Shown in pieces: positions 11,757-25,000 of a DNA stretch of 64,000 bases. Position 1 is the stretch's first letter; the number at the start of each line of letters is the position of its first letter. The notes below the pieces were generated by a model. It saw only the letters and a list, made by a program, of their open reading frames with translations, made no database searches and was not told the origin of the DNA. Position numbers and translations under genes: made by a program. Where the stretch lies: assembly GCA_964016885.1 (NCBI GenBank), contig OZ024740.1, positions 124,310,001 through 124,374,000 of the forward strand. Direction: 5' to 3'. The stretch comes from Eledone cirrhosa. Its lineage: Eukaryota.

Positions 11757-11844
11757 ATCTAGGAGCAGTTTAGGTATGATACATTTTATTACTAATTATA
11801 TCTAAATGTTTCTTCTCTATTCATAATGTATATATATATATATA

Positions 11845-11980
11845 TCATCATCATCATCATCATCATCATCACCGTTTTACGTCCGTTCTTCCACGCTAGC
11901 ATGGGTTAGACGGGTTGTCCTGTTGTGGGCAGTGTCTGGTCGGCTGACCATGCCTTGCTCATACAGGAACTGATTTGGCT
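11845..11980 (-). mobile_element. RTE-type 3' tail fragment
   Basis: (CAT)n followed by ccgttttacgtccgttcttccacgctagcatgggttagacggg, matching RTE 3' ends. Confidence 0.7.
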
Positions 11981-11981
<1 letters not shown>

Positions 11982-12045
<64 letters not shown>

Positions 12046-12133
12046 ATCCTGTGTATATGTGTATATATATATGCATGTACATATGTTTATATATGTGTGT
12101 GTGGGTGTATGTGTGTATATATATACATGTATG

Positions 12134-12175
<42 letters not shown>

Positions 12176-12187
12176 TGTATATATATA

Positions 12188-12276
<89 letters not shown>
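11982..12276. repeat. (TA)n/(TG)n microsatellite
   Basis: Seen directly. Confidence 0.95.
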
Positions 12277-12279
<3 letters not shown>

Positions 12280-12709
12280 ATTAACAAATGGAAACTATAT
12301 TTATAAAACCATATTTATTTTATTATACATATTTCAAGGACACCACGTGAAATTATGGTATGCTTTCATCAGACAAAATACAATATAGATCAGTTTTATA
12401 AATAAATATTGACATACCCTTAAAAAATGCAACCATTACTATCCTGGAGCTTCCAACAGTAATGGTTGCATTTTTTAAGGGTATGTCAATATTTATTCAT
12501 AAAACTGATCTATATTGTAATTTGTCTGATGAAAGCATACCATAATTTAACGTGGTGTCCTTGAAATATGTATAATAAAATAAATATGGTTTTATAAATA
12601 TAGTTTCCATTTCTTAATATCGTATGTTTACTCCAAATACTTGTTGAGTGCTTTATATCAGTTATAAAAATATTTGCTTGTTGTATCCCAACAATTTAAA
12701 TAGAACTTT

Positions 12710-12712
<3 letters not shown>
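12277..12712. mobile_element. Non-coding fold-back PLE-type element with 164-bp arms, each carrying a hammerhead
   Basis: Arms 12277-12440 and 12458-12621, 17-bp spacer, tail 12622-12712. Embedded in (TA)n. Relative at 36081-36350. Confidence 0.85.
12521..12580 (+). ncRNA. Type I hammerhead (inverted twin at 12318-12378 on the minus strand)
   Basis: tttgt-CTGATGA-aagcatacca..tggtgtcctt-GAAA-tatgta-TA-ataaa. Confidence 0.8.
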
Positions 12713-12767
<55 letters not shown>

Positions 12768-12819
12768 TATGTGCAGATATATGTATATATGTGTATATGT
12801 TCTTCTGGTTTTATAATTT

Positions 12820-15560
12820 CACACACTTATTCCCAATAGAGAGAGACTTGGTTTCTAACATAGACACAAGTCTCTCTCATTAGAATTTACACAACATCGA
12901 CTAGGTAGATTATGTATGCATGCACGCATGTGTAGATATGGATGTTATTGTATGTGAGGATGTGTATGTTTTGAGTTGTATGTGTGCATGTGTATATGTT
13001 TTGTATCTGTAAATGTGTATATGCAGTTATTAGATGCAACGTTTTGGGAATGTTTTACATATTTTTACTGTTCCATTAATGGATTGTACTTGTAATTTCC
13101 TAACTAGTTGTGTTCTTTCTGTTCCTGTGAAGCCTAGCTTCTCAAGATTTGTATTGAGGCAGTTACTAACATACCCCCAGTGCCCCAATAATCACAGACA
13201 TAAATCTGAAGGTGTAATCAGAGTGGAGTATCTGCAAATTTCTCATCAGTTCTGCATAAATATTTTCCTTTTCGCTAATCTTTGATATTATATTGGCATA
13301 TGCTGGGCAGCTAATTTCCACTAATGAGCATGCTTTCTTCTCCCTGTCCCATATCATAATATCTGGTCTGTTATGCCTGCATTTTATTGGGCTTTTTACT
13401 GGAACATTCCACCAGTACTCTTTCATATTATGTACATGGATGTCTTCCACATTGCTGTAGCTTTTAATGTGTTTATTATCATTGCTATCGTTTCTACGGA
13501 TTGCATTGTACAGTGTTTTGGTCACTACATCATGCCTCATAGGTAGATAGTACCACGATGACATCTTTGGACAGCTGCTGATGACATGGGTGATATCTTC
13601 GGTGTTAATTCTGCAGAGTCTGCACTTGCTATCACATCTAGGTGTTTTGCCTGCATCCCTATCTCTTTTGTGAATCAGGTATTTTGGGTTAATCTCCTGT
13701 TCTTGGATTGCAAAAGCATATCCTCCAAAGTGAGAGCCAATATAGCGGTTGTTGGTCCAAGATAGACTTCTTTCCTTATCTATATTACTCTCACTCTGGA
13801 GCTTCCTGGCAACATTCCATGCATCATTTGTTTCTAATAAACATGCAGTTTTTCATCCATGGATTCACTGTGATTCTGCTAAGTGACTTCCTAGGTGTGA
13901 GTTTTTGATTATCACATAGGGAATATTTCTCGAGGAGTTCCTTCCCAACTCTCATGATCTTATCTGTTTCATGCAGATAGATTTGCTCGAGAGACGGGCT
14001 CCTACACTTCGAGGTTTATAGATGTTGTCGGAGGGATATGATGCAACATTCAAATGCTGTCTGGACTGATGATAGGCCTCTGCCTCCCTGCTTATGTTTC
14101 AAGTAAAGGCGGTCTATGTCACTGTTGATGTGGAAGTTTCCGGTATTGTTTTGTATTTTTCGAATTCCAACATCAACTGCTCAGATTTCGTCTATCCTCC
14201 AATTGAGTATTCCAAACGTTGGTGTTTGGAAAAGCACAGCAAACACATTGTGAGCCACTATTTTGTTTTGCACAGAGAGTTCCGAAGACCAAATCTTTCT
14301 TAATCAGGTGTAGTATTCCCTGGTTACGCATTCCTTATTACAGATACCATTATAGGATATGATCTCATCTATCCCCAGGTATCTGTAGCAGTCCTCATCA
14401 GATATCGGTGAAACAGTTAGGCCATTGATGACAATGTTGCTAGATTGGGTTGTTGTTTTTCCCCGCTTTACAGTGATATATGAGCATTTATCTTGGCCAA
14501 AATCCATTCCTATATCCTTTTAGAATGTTGTAACCAGGTCAAGATTTTTCTTCATCCCATCCATGTTCTTGGCATAGAGTTTCAGATCATCCACAAAGAA
14601 ATTATGGGTTAGGTTCGTATTTCTGACCTCCTGTGAGCCAATGATGTATCCTTCACATTACTTGAGCAGAAATGACAAGGGGTTTAATGACAGGATGAAT
14701 AATATCACAGAGAGACTGTCTCCCTGAAAAATACCACTACAATATTTTATTTTATCAGTGAACATAGAGTCCTCTTTCTCTGTCTTTAACCTTAGGATAG
14801 TAGCCCAAGAAGAAGACAGCTTCTCTATGACTCTGATAATAATGTCTGGGACTTTAGCAAGTTGGAGGGCCTCTATCATCCAAGAGTGGGGAACAGAATT
14901 GAAAGCTTTCCTGTAGTCCAGCCAGACTGTAGCCATATTCTTCCTAAGTTGTCGCACCTCTGACATCGCAGTTTTGTTGATTAGGAGTTGTTCAGCACAT
15001 CCCAAACACCTTTCTTTCCAGCTGCTGGTTCATCTGTGATGATGTTATTATTTTCACAGTGATCTTGGAGGAATAGGTTCAGGTAGGCTGTATACATCTT
15101 ATACATCAGGTTCTGGCATGCAATGGGTCAGTAGGTTTAGCCAGGCGGGTGTCTTTGTTCTTGGGGACGAGTAATGTTTGTGCTAATGTCAACCCTTCTG
15201 GTATAAGTGTATCTCCCTTAAGAACTTTTTGGTAGAGGTCGGTAAAATACCTCTGATAGAATATCAGTTGTTTGTACCAGTAGCCAACAGTCATGTTTGT
15301 ACCAATAGCCGACAATCACCACTTCAAGGGTACCCTCACTTATTTTGTATGTTTTTGTTGTAGTGTAGGAGCAATAGTTCTTTGGGATTTCTTTTAACCA
15401 CACTGTATCTTGGTTGAAATTAAATTCTTCTTTTCACCCCATATTTTTCTCCAAAAGGAAGCTATGTCTTTCTGGGATGGGGCCTCAGTGACACTTATTA
15501 TTTTGCCCTTCATATCTCTATAGACTGATGTTTTGTTTTGTCTGAATCATTTATTAAGCA
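12820..15560 (-). mobile_element. R4/Dong-like non-LTR retrotransposon (RT plus CCHC plus restriction-like endonuclease), decayed
   Basis: GCAEQLLINK, VWLDYRKAFNSVPHSW, GIFQGDSLS, FFVDDLKLY, DFGQDKC, YRYLGI; CRLC..HVISSC; RHDVV..NRPDIMIWDREKK..VEISCP..KENIY. Many stops and frameshifts. Confidence 0.85.
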
Positions 15561-15673
15561 CTTTGTATATATGTATGTCTGTGTGTATGTATGTGTATAT
15601 ATGTATATGTATGTGTATGTATGTCTGTGTATATGTATGTATATGTATGTAGGTGTATACATATATGTATGTG

Positions 15674-15707
<34 letters not shown>

Positions 15708-16689
15708 CGTATATATGTATATGTATATATATATATATTTACAGCCACTTAATAAAAACCCTTTGTTTGCTTAGAATAAATGAACCTTGAACATTAGGAG
15801 TGCCTGCATTTGTATCATTCTGTATCACTATGTATTTTTCTCTAAATATATTTTTTTCAAAGAATCCCATTCTTTAAATTCATGACCTCCATCCATCTCA
15901 ATCACCACTTTCCCCTACCCACAGAAAATGTATGAATACCACCATATCACATTGACAGTCTGCTTTCTTGATGTAGAAACCTATATTAAAAAAATGATAC
16001 TCTACTATGCATTGAGTACCATACTTACTGTGTTTACCTCCAATTGAACCCTGGATACACACACACACACATATATAAATAGCATGCACGGTTGATAGAA
16101 ACTGCGTAAGAGAGAGACCCAGAAAAATTCAATGTAATGTGGTTAGAGCTGACCTAGCAAAGCTGAATCTCATGATTCAAGATCGAGTCAACTGGTGACA
16201 TTCTATGCTGCAGAAGACTCATCTTCACTCATGAAGAGAATGGAACACAAGAGAGAGATAGAAGGCCAGACCTCACAGTCTTATCCTCCTCCATTCCCGA
16301 AATACAACTCCATCCACATACACCACCACCACTTGCTTTATCTAACATTTGCCAACACTAAGAACAAGATGTGTTCCTACCTATATTGTGCTCTCCCTCC
16401 CACACTACCTCATCCCAAATTCATTTTCTTGTTCAATCCATGCTTACATGGAACAATTATTTGCCAATCTATTCCCACCAACATACCTGGTTTACACTCA
16501 TGTCCAATCCATGAGAGCATGGAAAGCCAGGAACACCACTCAATATATTGCTAGACAAAGCGAACTCTTCAAGACCACTGCTATGACCTGACACTTCCTC
16601 TCCAATGACCGTATGAAGCCCTACCACCACCACTCTTATCAATGCCTCCCTAGTGTTGGGTCCACAATAAAAATACACCTAGCCCACTA

Positions 16690-17000
16690 TGTAAAGTTGT
16701 AGTGCTGCTGTCTCAAAGAGAATTACCCAATCTGCACTGTAAAGTAGGAGAACTGGTGCCAGGACTAAAGCATGCTGTCCACTCAATAGGATGGTAGTGC
16801 CACTCTCATAGTAAGATGCTCCCAGTTCAAGATATAAAGTGGGTTGTATTAAGAAGGGCATCTAGCCATAGAAACTAATCCAAAACTGAAAAGTATCAGC
16901 ACAAGACATGGTTACTTGACTAGTCTAGCCACAAAACATGACCTACGTAACCCATGCAAGCATGGAAAAAGCAGACATTAAAAAGTGATAATTATGATGA
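16690..17000 (+). mobile_element. Decayed SINE/RTE 3' UTR fragment
   Basis: aagaagggcatctagccatagaaac and aacccatgcaagcatggaa..gacattaaa..atgatga resemble the RTE 3' UTR at 27030-27190. Confidence 0.55.
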
Positions 17001-17043
17001 TATATTTATGTATGCATATATATATATATATATATGTGCACAT

Positions 17044-17084
<41 letters not shown>

Positions 17085-18673
17085 TTTGTGTGTGTGTTTC
17101 TGTTGGCCAAATTCATTCGTAAGTGCCATATAGATTTGTAGAACCAAAGACCAAATTGTTGTGAAGAGAATCTCTTAACCACACAATTAGGCCTGTGTTT
17201 AATACTTGATACTTGTCAGCAGTACAGTATCAATTCAACAGTCCCATATTTTACCATTTTAATAAATTAAATTTAAACACTTGTGTAGTGGCTAGCTGAT
17301 GGTATGGACTGGAAAATTTAAAATTAGGTGGTGTGCAGAAACAAAGTATATTTAAAAGCAATTTATTCCATCCTTGATTTAGCCAGAGTCTACATCAAGA
17401 TAACTGTTATATTATTAGATAATGTTTGACAAATAATATTAAATATTTCATAATTATGAAGAAATACCCAGAGTAAAATAATGGTTTGACAGCATTCCAA
17501 TTATTATTAATGTAATAAAGGCAGTCGAGTGGCAGAAACAGTAACAGATTTGAATTAAGGATTCAATTATTGCCATGAGATTTAAATTATACCATTTTAC
17601 TATTTTAAATATATTTGCATTATTTTTTTTTGTTTATGTGCTAAATGTATTGGCGACATACATAGTGCAGCAGAAATACTGATGATAGGATACAAATCAA
17701 ATCACTCAGCTTGGCCAGCTGCAATAATTTTTTATGTGTGTGAGTGTGTGCCACTCTTTGTATATATGTGTGCACATCCATGTGTGTTTCTAATTATAAA
17801 TTAAAGTTCTAATCATATTTACTTTTTCTCTTGTTTATATATATATATTTTTTTAAACATTCTTTTAGGAATTTTATTGCCTCGTTAAATTTTCTTCTCA
17901 ATTCTTGATGGCTCAACCTATGTTTATTCTGTTGAATCATTGACATGTATTAAATCATTAATAAATTCAATATCAAACAAAGCCAAACCTCAAGGCAAGC
18001 TTGTTGCCTGTTAGTTCAAGTTATTGATCTTTTAAAATACTACATGATGGTTTTAGACTGCTAACTGCATTCATGCCTATATAGACCATGTTGCAATTGT
18101 GTGGGAAGGGGGTCATTCAGTTGGTAATCTCAAGCTAAGTGGTTCGATATAGTTAATGATTTTTTATTAATTTTGCTTTCATATATAGTATTACAATATT
18201 TTGAGGTGGCAGAAATGGTAAAGTAATGAAGTACCTTGTTTTCTATAACAATGCTCTACGTTCATTTCACATTTAAGTGTCTTAAGCATAAACATGGGAA
18301 GTGATGGTCTTATATCTACGTATATATATATATAGTTCTGTATGAACAAGACACAGTCATCTGATCTGTCTTGACTCACAAAATGAGGACAACTTGTCTA
18401 CCTCATGCTAGCATAGAAGGTGGACATAAACAGGGATACACACAATAGACACTCATGCACACATATACATATGTATATATTCAAAAAGTAAACAGAAACA
18501 AAAAAGCAAACAATAATTGCCATTAGCACCTTTGTTCACACAGCCCTATCCTCCCCCACTGCCAACACAACCCTGTCCACGATATCTTAATCACCCCTTC
18601 TCAATTAATCCACCTCCCCCACTTCGAGTCTTCCTTTATTTATGCTGTAACTGTTAGTGAAATGTTAGTTTTT

Positions 18674-18715
18674 GTCTGATGATCCTCTAATAAACAGGCG
18701 AAACTCCAGAGAAAC
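18674..18715 (+). ncRNA. Decayed hammerhead
   Basis: gt-CTGATGA-t-cct..agg-c-GAAA-ctccagag-AA-ac. U16.1 is lost. Followed by a short (TA)n. Confidence 0.5.
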
Positions 18716-18774
18716 TAGACACACTATTTAGCTTTAATAAAATGAATATATTATATATATATATATAATTTAGG

Positions 18775-18905
18775 GGTTGTAAAAGAATTCTGACGAGCTT
18801 TTGATTCCTGAGTTGGGCCATACTGATACAGATCGAGCCTGAGTTGATCAATCTTGTGCCACACCACAATAAATGTAATGGAGATCTAACACTTTGTTCT
18901 TTTTA
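18775..18905 (+). mobile_element. Short PLE pLTR relic related to the 40487-40625 family
   Basis: Shares gatacagatcga-cc-tgagttgatca and caataaatg-aatg with 40520-40590 and carries CTGACGA at 18790-18796. Lies between short TA tracts. Confidence 0.55.
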
Positions 18906-19194
18906 TTATTAATAGTATATATATATATATATATATATACAAATCTCCTGCATTATATATATATGTATAATGCCAGAAATTTTGAACTATGATGAAGGGT
19001 TAATGGGAACATTGCATTATAAATAAGTACTCATTTTCAGAATTTTACACTAAGATTAGACATGCTCATTGAAAATAGCAAGATTGCAAGTAGGTGTTGA
19101 TAACAATTGTTTACAAATGTTATTAACATATTGGGTTGCAAAGACAGGAAATATATAGAATAAGCTGACTATAGATTTTTTTCTCATGTTTTGA

Positions 19195-19380
19195 CAACAC
19201 TATCGGTAGAGCATCAGACACCATGCTTTTCAGCATTAAATGTTGGCCCTTTACGTTCTGAGTTCAAATACCGCCGAGGTTAACTTTGCCTTTTGTCTTT
19301 ACAGGGTCAATAAAATAAAGCACCAGTAATGCATTGGGGTAATTGCCGGTCATGTGCCAAAAGTAGAAACAATTATTACT
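19195..19380 (+). mobile_element. tRNA-derived SINE
   Basis: B-box gagttcaaatacc and core actttgcctttt..gggtcaataaaataaagcaccagtaatgcattgggg; same family as 2580-2770. Confidence 0.75.
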
Positions 19381-21289
19381 GTGACCTACTGTGACCTAAC
19401 TGTTGTTGAAATATGTTCTTTTTCTAGCTTGAATAATAGGGCAAGAATTCCATGCCATAATGTTATTTGCTGAAGAGACATTCGTTTCTTTATGGAGTCA
19501 CCTAATTTGAACACTGAATTGAATTTTGAGAAAAACAATAGAAATTAGATATATAAATATCATCTATAAATAGTGTTGATTGGTACTGGTAAATTAAAAA
19601 TGTAAAATACTTAGGTTGTTTATGCAGTGGCAAAAATATTTACTTGATCTTTATAAAGAATACATTTTCAAATATGAAAACCAAATGGAATGTCTATGAT
19701 GCACAAAATGCTAACATATAGTTGTTTTGTTTTCTTTAACATTATAAGAAACTCAATACTGTAATGAAATATAAATATGAGAACGAGATTTTGATGGTTA
19801 ATGTGGTACAAGTTTACAAAAAGATTTACATAAATATAACTGTACTCTGGGATCACAAGAGGAAAGAGGTTACATACATTTATATTTCTGAATAATGTTG
19901 CAGTTTATGTCCAGTTTGATAATTTCAATTGCAACAGCTTTGCTTTTGTGAACATTTCTTATATCTTGAAGCATTATATGTTGCCTTACAAAGACATCAC
20001 TACAATGAAATTCAATATGCTGCAGAAGATTTTAAATGAGTGTCTCCAGTGGAATACCCATGTTAAGATATAACATAAGAGGGATGTTGCTGAAGGGGTT
20101 GGAAATTTTATCTCCAAACTCTTGAAGTTACAAGAAAAATTCCAACAGTTGTGGTTGACAAAAGTTTAAGCTGCAAGTTATGTTCTGCTAGTTTATGTCT
20201 TCTATAAAAATCTAATCTACCAGTTATTGTCTCATGGTCAAGACCATTTTCAATATTTGTGAATTGATGCTACTTCTTTGTTTAACATGTTTATATTCCT
20301 AGGAAGATATAATCATAGTTTCTATAGCAGTTTGCCTTTAGATAAATGCTTTGTTCCAGTTTTAATTCAAATGGCTTCTGTACTTATATTACCAGGTGAA
20401 GTTTGATTTATTTTTTTTATTGATTTTATGTAGATTTGGGTATCAATTATTTCTTCAATTTTAAATTACTATCTGATATGTTATTGTCAGATTAGTTATG
20501 TCTGGGTAGATATCAAAATATCAGATGCATCACACTATATACAATTTACACTTTATATATATTAATGGTAACAAATTTCACTACTCTATTTGCAATGTCC
20601 ATGTAATTTATTAATACAATATTTAGTTTTTAGTGGTACTATAACAACATACCAAACACTTCGATACATAACAGAACTATAATATATAAATAACTATAGT
20701 GAATAGAGAGGGATAAAATATAAACATAAACATCTTTATAATAATAGGATTTGCTTACATTTCTATGCCATAATCATTGATAACAAATTTGATCATTACT
20801 TTAGGGGAATTTATTTCAGTTGAAAAGATAGCATTACATTTGGAATTGATAACTAAATATTACGAAGAATTCTTCATTGCATTTTCAGATAATGTCTATA
20901 AACAAACTCCCAAATCTTTTCTGAATATATTTTTACATTGTAATATTTTAAAACTCTTTACAGTTCTATACCTTTATATGTTATTTATTATTTTATTTTT
21001 AGAAATGAAAATGTCATTTCAGTAACATACAACAGTATACGAACTCCATATGGAGTTGTCATTATGTCTAGCAAAGATTGGATGATTCTTCCTCTGATTG
21101 TATTACTGTATTAACTATTTTTAGATGTAACTAGGTACCAGTGCCATTTTTGGTTATTTTACTGCTCTATGCTGGGATTACATGTTATGTATTGTTTTTT
21201 ATCAAGATAATTGTGAAAAGAAAAAGATATTTTAATCAAATTTGCTATTTGCTATGTCTAGTTGTGTGCTTCATTAATTAAACTAAAAC

Positions 21290-22326
21290 ATCCTACGGGT
21301 CATTCTGGAAATAGGGTGTGTTGAGATGGAAGATGAAGCCTGACTCGGAAAGAAAAATGACTAAAACCACATTAACATAGCTGAATTGTGCTGAAGAGAG
21401 TATATCTGGACCTGAGATAGGGGCTGTTTACTATTGAGACCTGAACATATTTATAAAGCACTGCCTGGAATTATATGAGCGCTAGCTACAATATTTGGCT
21501 TGAAATTCAAAAGGAATAAGATGGACATCCTAACTAGCAGGAAGAAAACTTGTTTGGAAGTGTCAGAGGGGTTGGGAGCAGGGAGTAGTAGCAGTGTGTC
21601 AGCTGAGGGACTTGAAGCTAAGGAGATAGCATATTATGCAGCATATGGGAGTGGATAGGACTGTCCCTAGCCAGGAAAGTTGACAGAACAAGCAGAAAGT
21701 GGTCAGGAGTTGTGACAAGTATCAGTTCATCCACTCTGCTCTGGATGTGCACAAGACAGGAAACCTTCCAATGGAATACAACTAGAAATGATCAGCAGTA
21801 TATGTGATGCACTAGCAGCAGGAGATTTATATCTCAATAGTTGACTGTGGACTGGGTGGATTGTGATATGGAAGGAAATAAAGATGGGAACTTCAGATGA
21901 AATTGCACAAATGTTGAAAGAGATATTCCTGGAGCGGGGCATTGTGGATGAGTTGCTAATAGATAACAGTACTGCATTTTTCTCAGAGATGCAGGAGAGG
22001 ATGCTATCAGCAATTCAGCTCTGTGGTGGTCACAGCGAGAGCAACGTCTGCCCAGGTTAAATGAGGACTTTGACATGTGGGGGGGGGGGGGATAGGGTGA
22101 TCTTTGAGATCAAGGGTTTGTGGGGATGGGACTCTACTAGTGTGGCCTTCTTCCCCTTTGGCTGCCATATTGATTGGATATGATTGCCATGTGAGCTTAG
22201 GTATATGTTACAAGGTTCTGGCCAGATGTTAGTCAGGTAGGACTCTCAGATATATCCCATATGAACAAGACTAACCATAGGAGAGGACCTGCAAGGTAGG
22301 TGAGTTACACTTTCCCTCTCACAACA
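21290..22326 (+). mobile_element. Gypsy-like LTR retrotransposon integrase relic
   Basis: H..GVDRT..VVRSCD zinc-binding remnant, and IWKEIKMGTSDEIAQMLKEIFLERGIVDELLIDNSTAFFS (integrase core). Ends in ..caaca. Confidence 0.55.
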
Positions 22327-22619
22327 TGGTACACAGACACTGTGGCAGCTATGATCTTAAAATACTGTTCTATGCAACAATTCCACATACTCAACATTCT
22401 TTCAAGAGTAGTTTCACTAAATAGGGAAAATGGTCAATAAATAAAAAATAAAGTATCATTCCAATTCAAATTAAGGAGTGAGGCCACTGAACTGATGCTT
22501 AATTTCCTAGAAATAGAAATCATGTATCTCTCAGTTCACACTCCTGTGTCTTTAAAAACTAATACGTTGGATAATATAGCGATATTACCTTATTAGAATT
22601 TCTTCTTTACCCACTTATT

Positions 22620-23400
22620 CCTGGTGGGGCCATAAGGGTAGAGTCCTCAGATACGCCTTCCAGTGGGTCCTGTCAGAAGCAGTCATCTCCAATTTATCCA
22701 GCTGAATCACCTAGCAAAACCTACTGATGTTATCCAACCATAATGCTTAGATTCTACACCTGGGTCTCCTGCTAGTTGGTTTTGACCATAAAATCTGTAC
22801 AGTGATTCTTTCCTGAGACATTCTAACTATATGTTAGTATCGAAGCTGCAATCTCAATTCAGAGAAGTAGTGGCTCTACCTAAAGCCATGGAATCCTACA
22901 AAACTGGCAGGTGCAGGTCGACCTACAGGATGAAATGGGAAGCTTTGGTGGATAGGGTCAGGTATGCAGATACAATTGCGTCCAAAGTCACAGATTCGCT
23001 GAGCAAAATGAGGACATTGAAACAGATTGGAAAGTGTTTAAGGCAGCAGTTTCTGCTTCAACTATTAAATGCTGGAGGCAAAAATGGCTTGGTGAGGTGC
23101 CGGGTGGCAGAACTCCTTAATTCAATCAAGAGGTCAAAGATACCACCCAAGCAAAGAAAGAGGTCTACAAGCAGGAATGAAATGTCACAGCAGAGACAGT
23201 AAAGACGTTGAAAGTTAAGACATGGAAGGACTTTGTGATTAAGTTGGGATCTGACTTCAAATCAACAAATAAAATCTTGTGGCAGACCATCCACTGACTT
23301 TGTAATAAGAGGTTCTTCTCTCCACCTGCTATCAGGATGGTATCTGACGACTCCTCTCTTCAGAAAAATACATTCTCTTGAGATAGTGAGAACACTGCTA
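22620..23400. mobile_element. Rearranged RTE-like LINE fragments
   Basis: Plus-strand remnants W..QEVKD..QAKKE..WKDFV.KL..DF....K.LWQTI (EN-RT linker), and a minus-strand GRPR..W.DN-type C-terminus at about 22660-22800. Confidence 0.45.
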
Positions 23401-23712
23401 ATTTTCTAAAGTCAGAGCTCTGGAATTTCCTTTCCAAAAATTGATCACACCTTTCGATTTTTGTAAAATAGTTTTTCATTAAAGTTTGTATTTGTAATTT
23501 TTTCTTGTAATATTTTGTTTTAAAAAACAATTTAAAAAGTGCTGAAAATTTACATTTACATTTTTTCCTATTACCATAGTAAATGATTTGCTTATATTTA
23601 GTGTTAAATATATAACATTAAAAACATTACATTTGATAATATAGTTGGGGAGTTTTGCCTGAAGTCTAGTCTGGAAGAAAACTCAATTTTTAATCAATTA
23701 TTTCACATTCAG

Positions 23713-24005
23713 AACTTATTTATGTATTAATGTCTTGTCAGTCAGACAATAGAAGGGTCAAGGTAAAACCATTTTTGGCTGTGATTAAAGAATCAGTTGG
23801 CCTTAATCCAGCTATGTCTGTGATTACCAGCATGGTTTCTACAGTGTCATATCACTTTTCACTGAATGTTGTAGCAAAAATAAAAGTGAGATTATATTTA
23901 GATGAGCATGTCTATGTGGTTAAGGAATTTGCTTCTCAAGCATGTAGTTCTATGTTCAGACCCATTGCATGGCACATTGGACGAAATTTTTCTAATGTAG
24001 CCAAG
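23713..24005 (+). CDS. Candidate host-gene exon, unknown protein
   Basis: Acceptor tttcacattcag| and donor aag|gtttgt flank a stop-free 97-codon non-repetitive frame (LIYVLMSCQSDNRRVKVKPFLAVIKESVG..NFSNVAK). Confidence 0.35.
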
Positions 24006-25000
24006 GTTTGTGAGAGGAATTTAATACTAAAAACATTCTTCAACAAAAGAACTACAACCTATTTTCATTTAACACCATAAAAGTACAGACACTATACCAA
24101 AACATCTGCTTGATATGAATTATATCCAAAACACACTTCAACAAAAGCATTAAAACCTAAATTCCTTTCACACCAATAAAATACAGACATTATACCAAAT
24201 GTAAAATGCCAAAATCACAGTCTACGGAAATAATATTATGGTATGGCCCTGTAACACCTAATGGAGTCATAAGGATGCATAATGACATATGATGTTTCCT
24301 GGGCATTTTTAAGCCTGGCAAAGCCCAAATGTCTCAAAATCTGAACATAGCAGTTTTTTTTTCCAGAAAAGGATAGAGACTGAGAAAAAAGTATAGAAGA
24401 ATCAACTCCAGTATTGGACTGGTACATTTTTTTATCAACCTCCAAAGGATGAAAGGCAAAGTTGATCTCAGAGAGCAGAGAGCTGGGAGAAATATGACAA
24501 AGCAGAATATTTGAATTAGGTAAGGGCCTATTTTGTAATGTAGTTTCGGATTGTAGAGAAGAAAATGGTGGCAGGTTCCTTGCAGGAATGACTTTTTCTC
24601 CATGCACTTAGAACTAGCAGGCATTGTGACATATTTCCATTGTCATTGCGGAAATATTAGATATGACTACATTAATTGAAAACTAATTCCACACAGAACA
24701 AGGTGAAAAACTATGGAGGCTCTACTAATATCAGAATATAAACAAAACATTAACACACAAATACAGCATATGTGAAACAAATTATAATTACTGCCATGCC
24801 TCAACCATTGAGAAATTTTAAATACACTGTCTACAATTTCATATGACTCCTATGATGTTTTACAAACAGTGCTATCTTGCAACCTATACACTATCAATAA
24901 GTGTTTCTGGTTCTGAAGACAGAGCAAGGTATGAAGTATTTAGTAATGCTACTATTCCAAACAATGTATAAAACTGGAGAACAATTGTGTTTTCAATATA

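Larger units (their letters stand above)
10745..11830. mobile_element. Non-coding fold-back element: about 593-bp permuted unit plus a 457-bp inverted arm, two hammerheads
   Basis: Arms 10911-11367 and 11374-11830 are near-identical inverted repeats. tttagaaacacacagatacatg recurs at 10753 and 11346 (offset 593). Flanked by (TA)n. Confidence 0.85.

Noticed and set aside
10936-11805. Duplicated mirror ORFs (MGFFLASC.., ..LNILLITPSG..)
   Set aside because: A by-product of the palindrome, with non-ATG or weak starts and no recognisable motifs.
13578-13584. Isolated CTGATGA (also about 17680 and others)
   Set aside because: No matching stem II, GAAA, stem III or stem I nearby; chance matches.
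16195-16680. Possible old PLE GIY-YIG relic
   Set aside because: Only faint motif resemblance; cannot be supported without a search.
24040-24200. Two copies of a roughly 60-bp repeat about 99 bp apart, considered as CRISPR-like
   Set aside because: Only two diverged units in a eukaryotic context; an ordinary tandem duplication.
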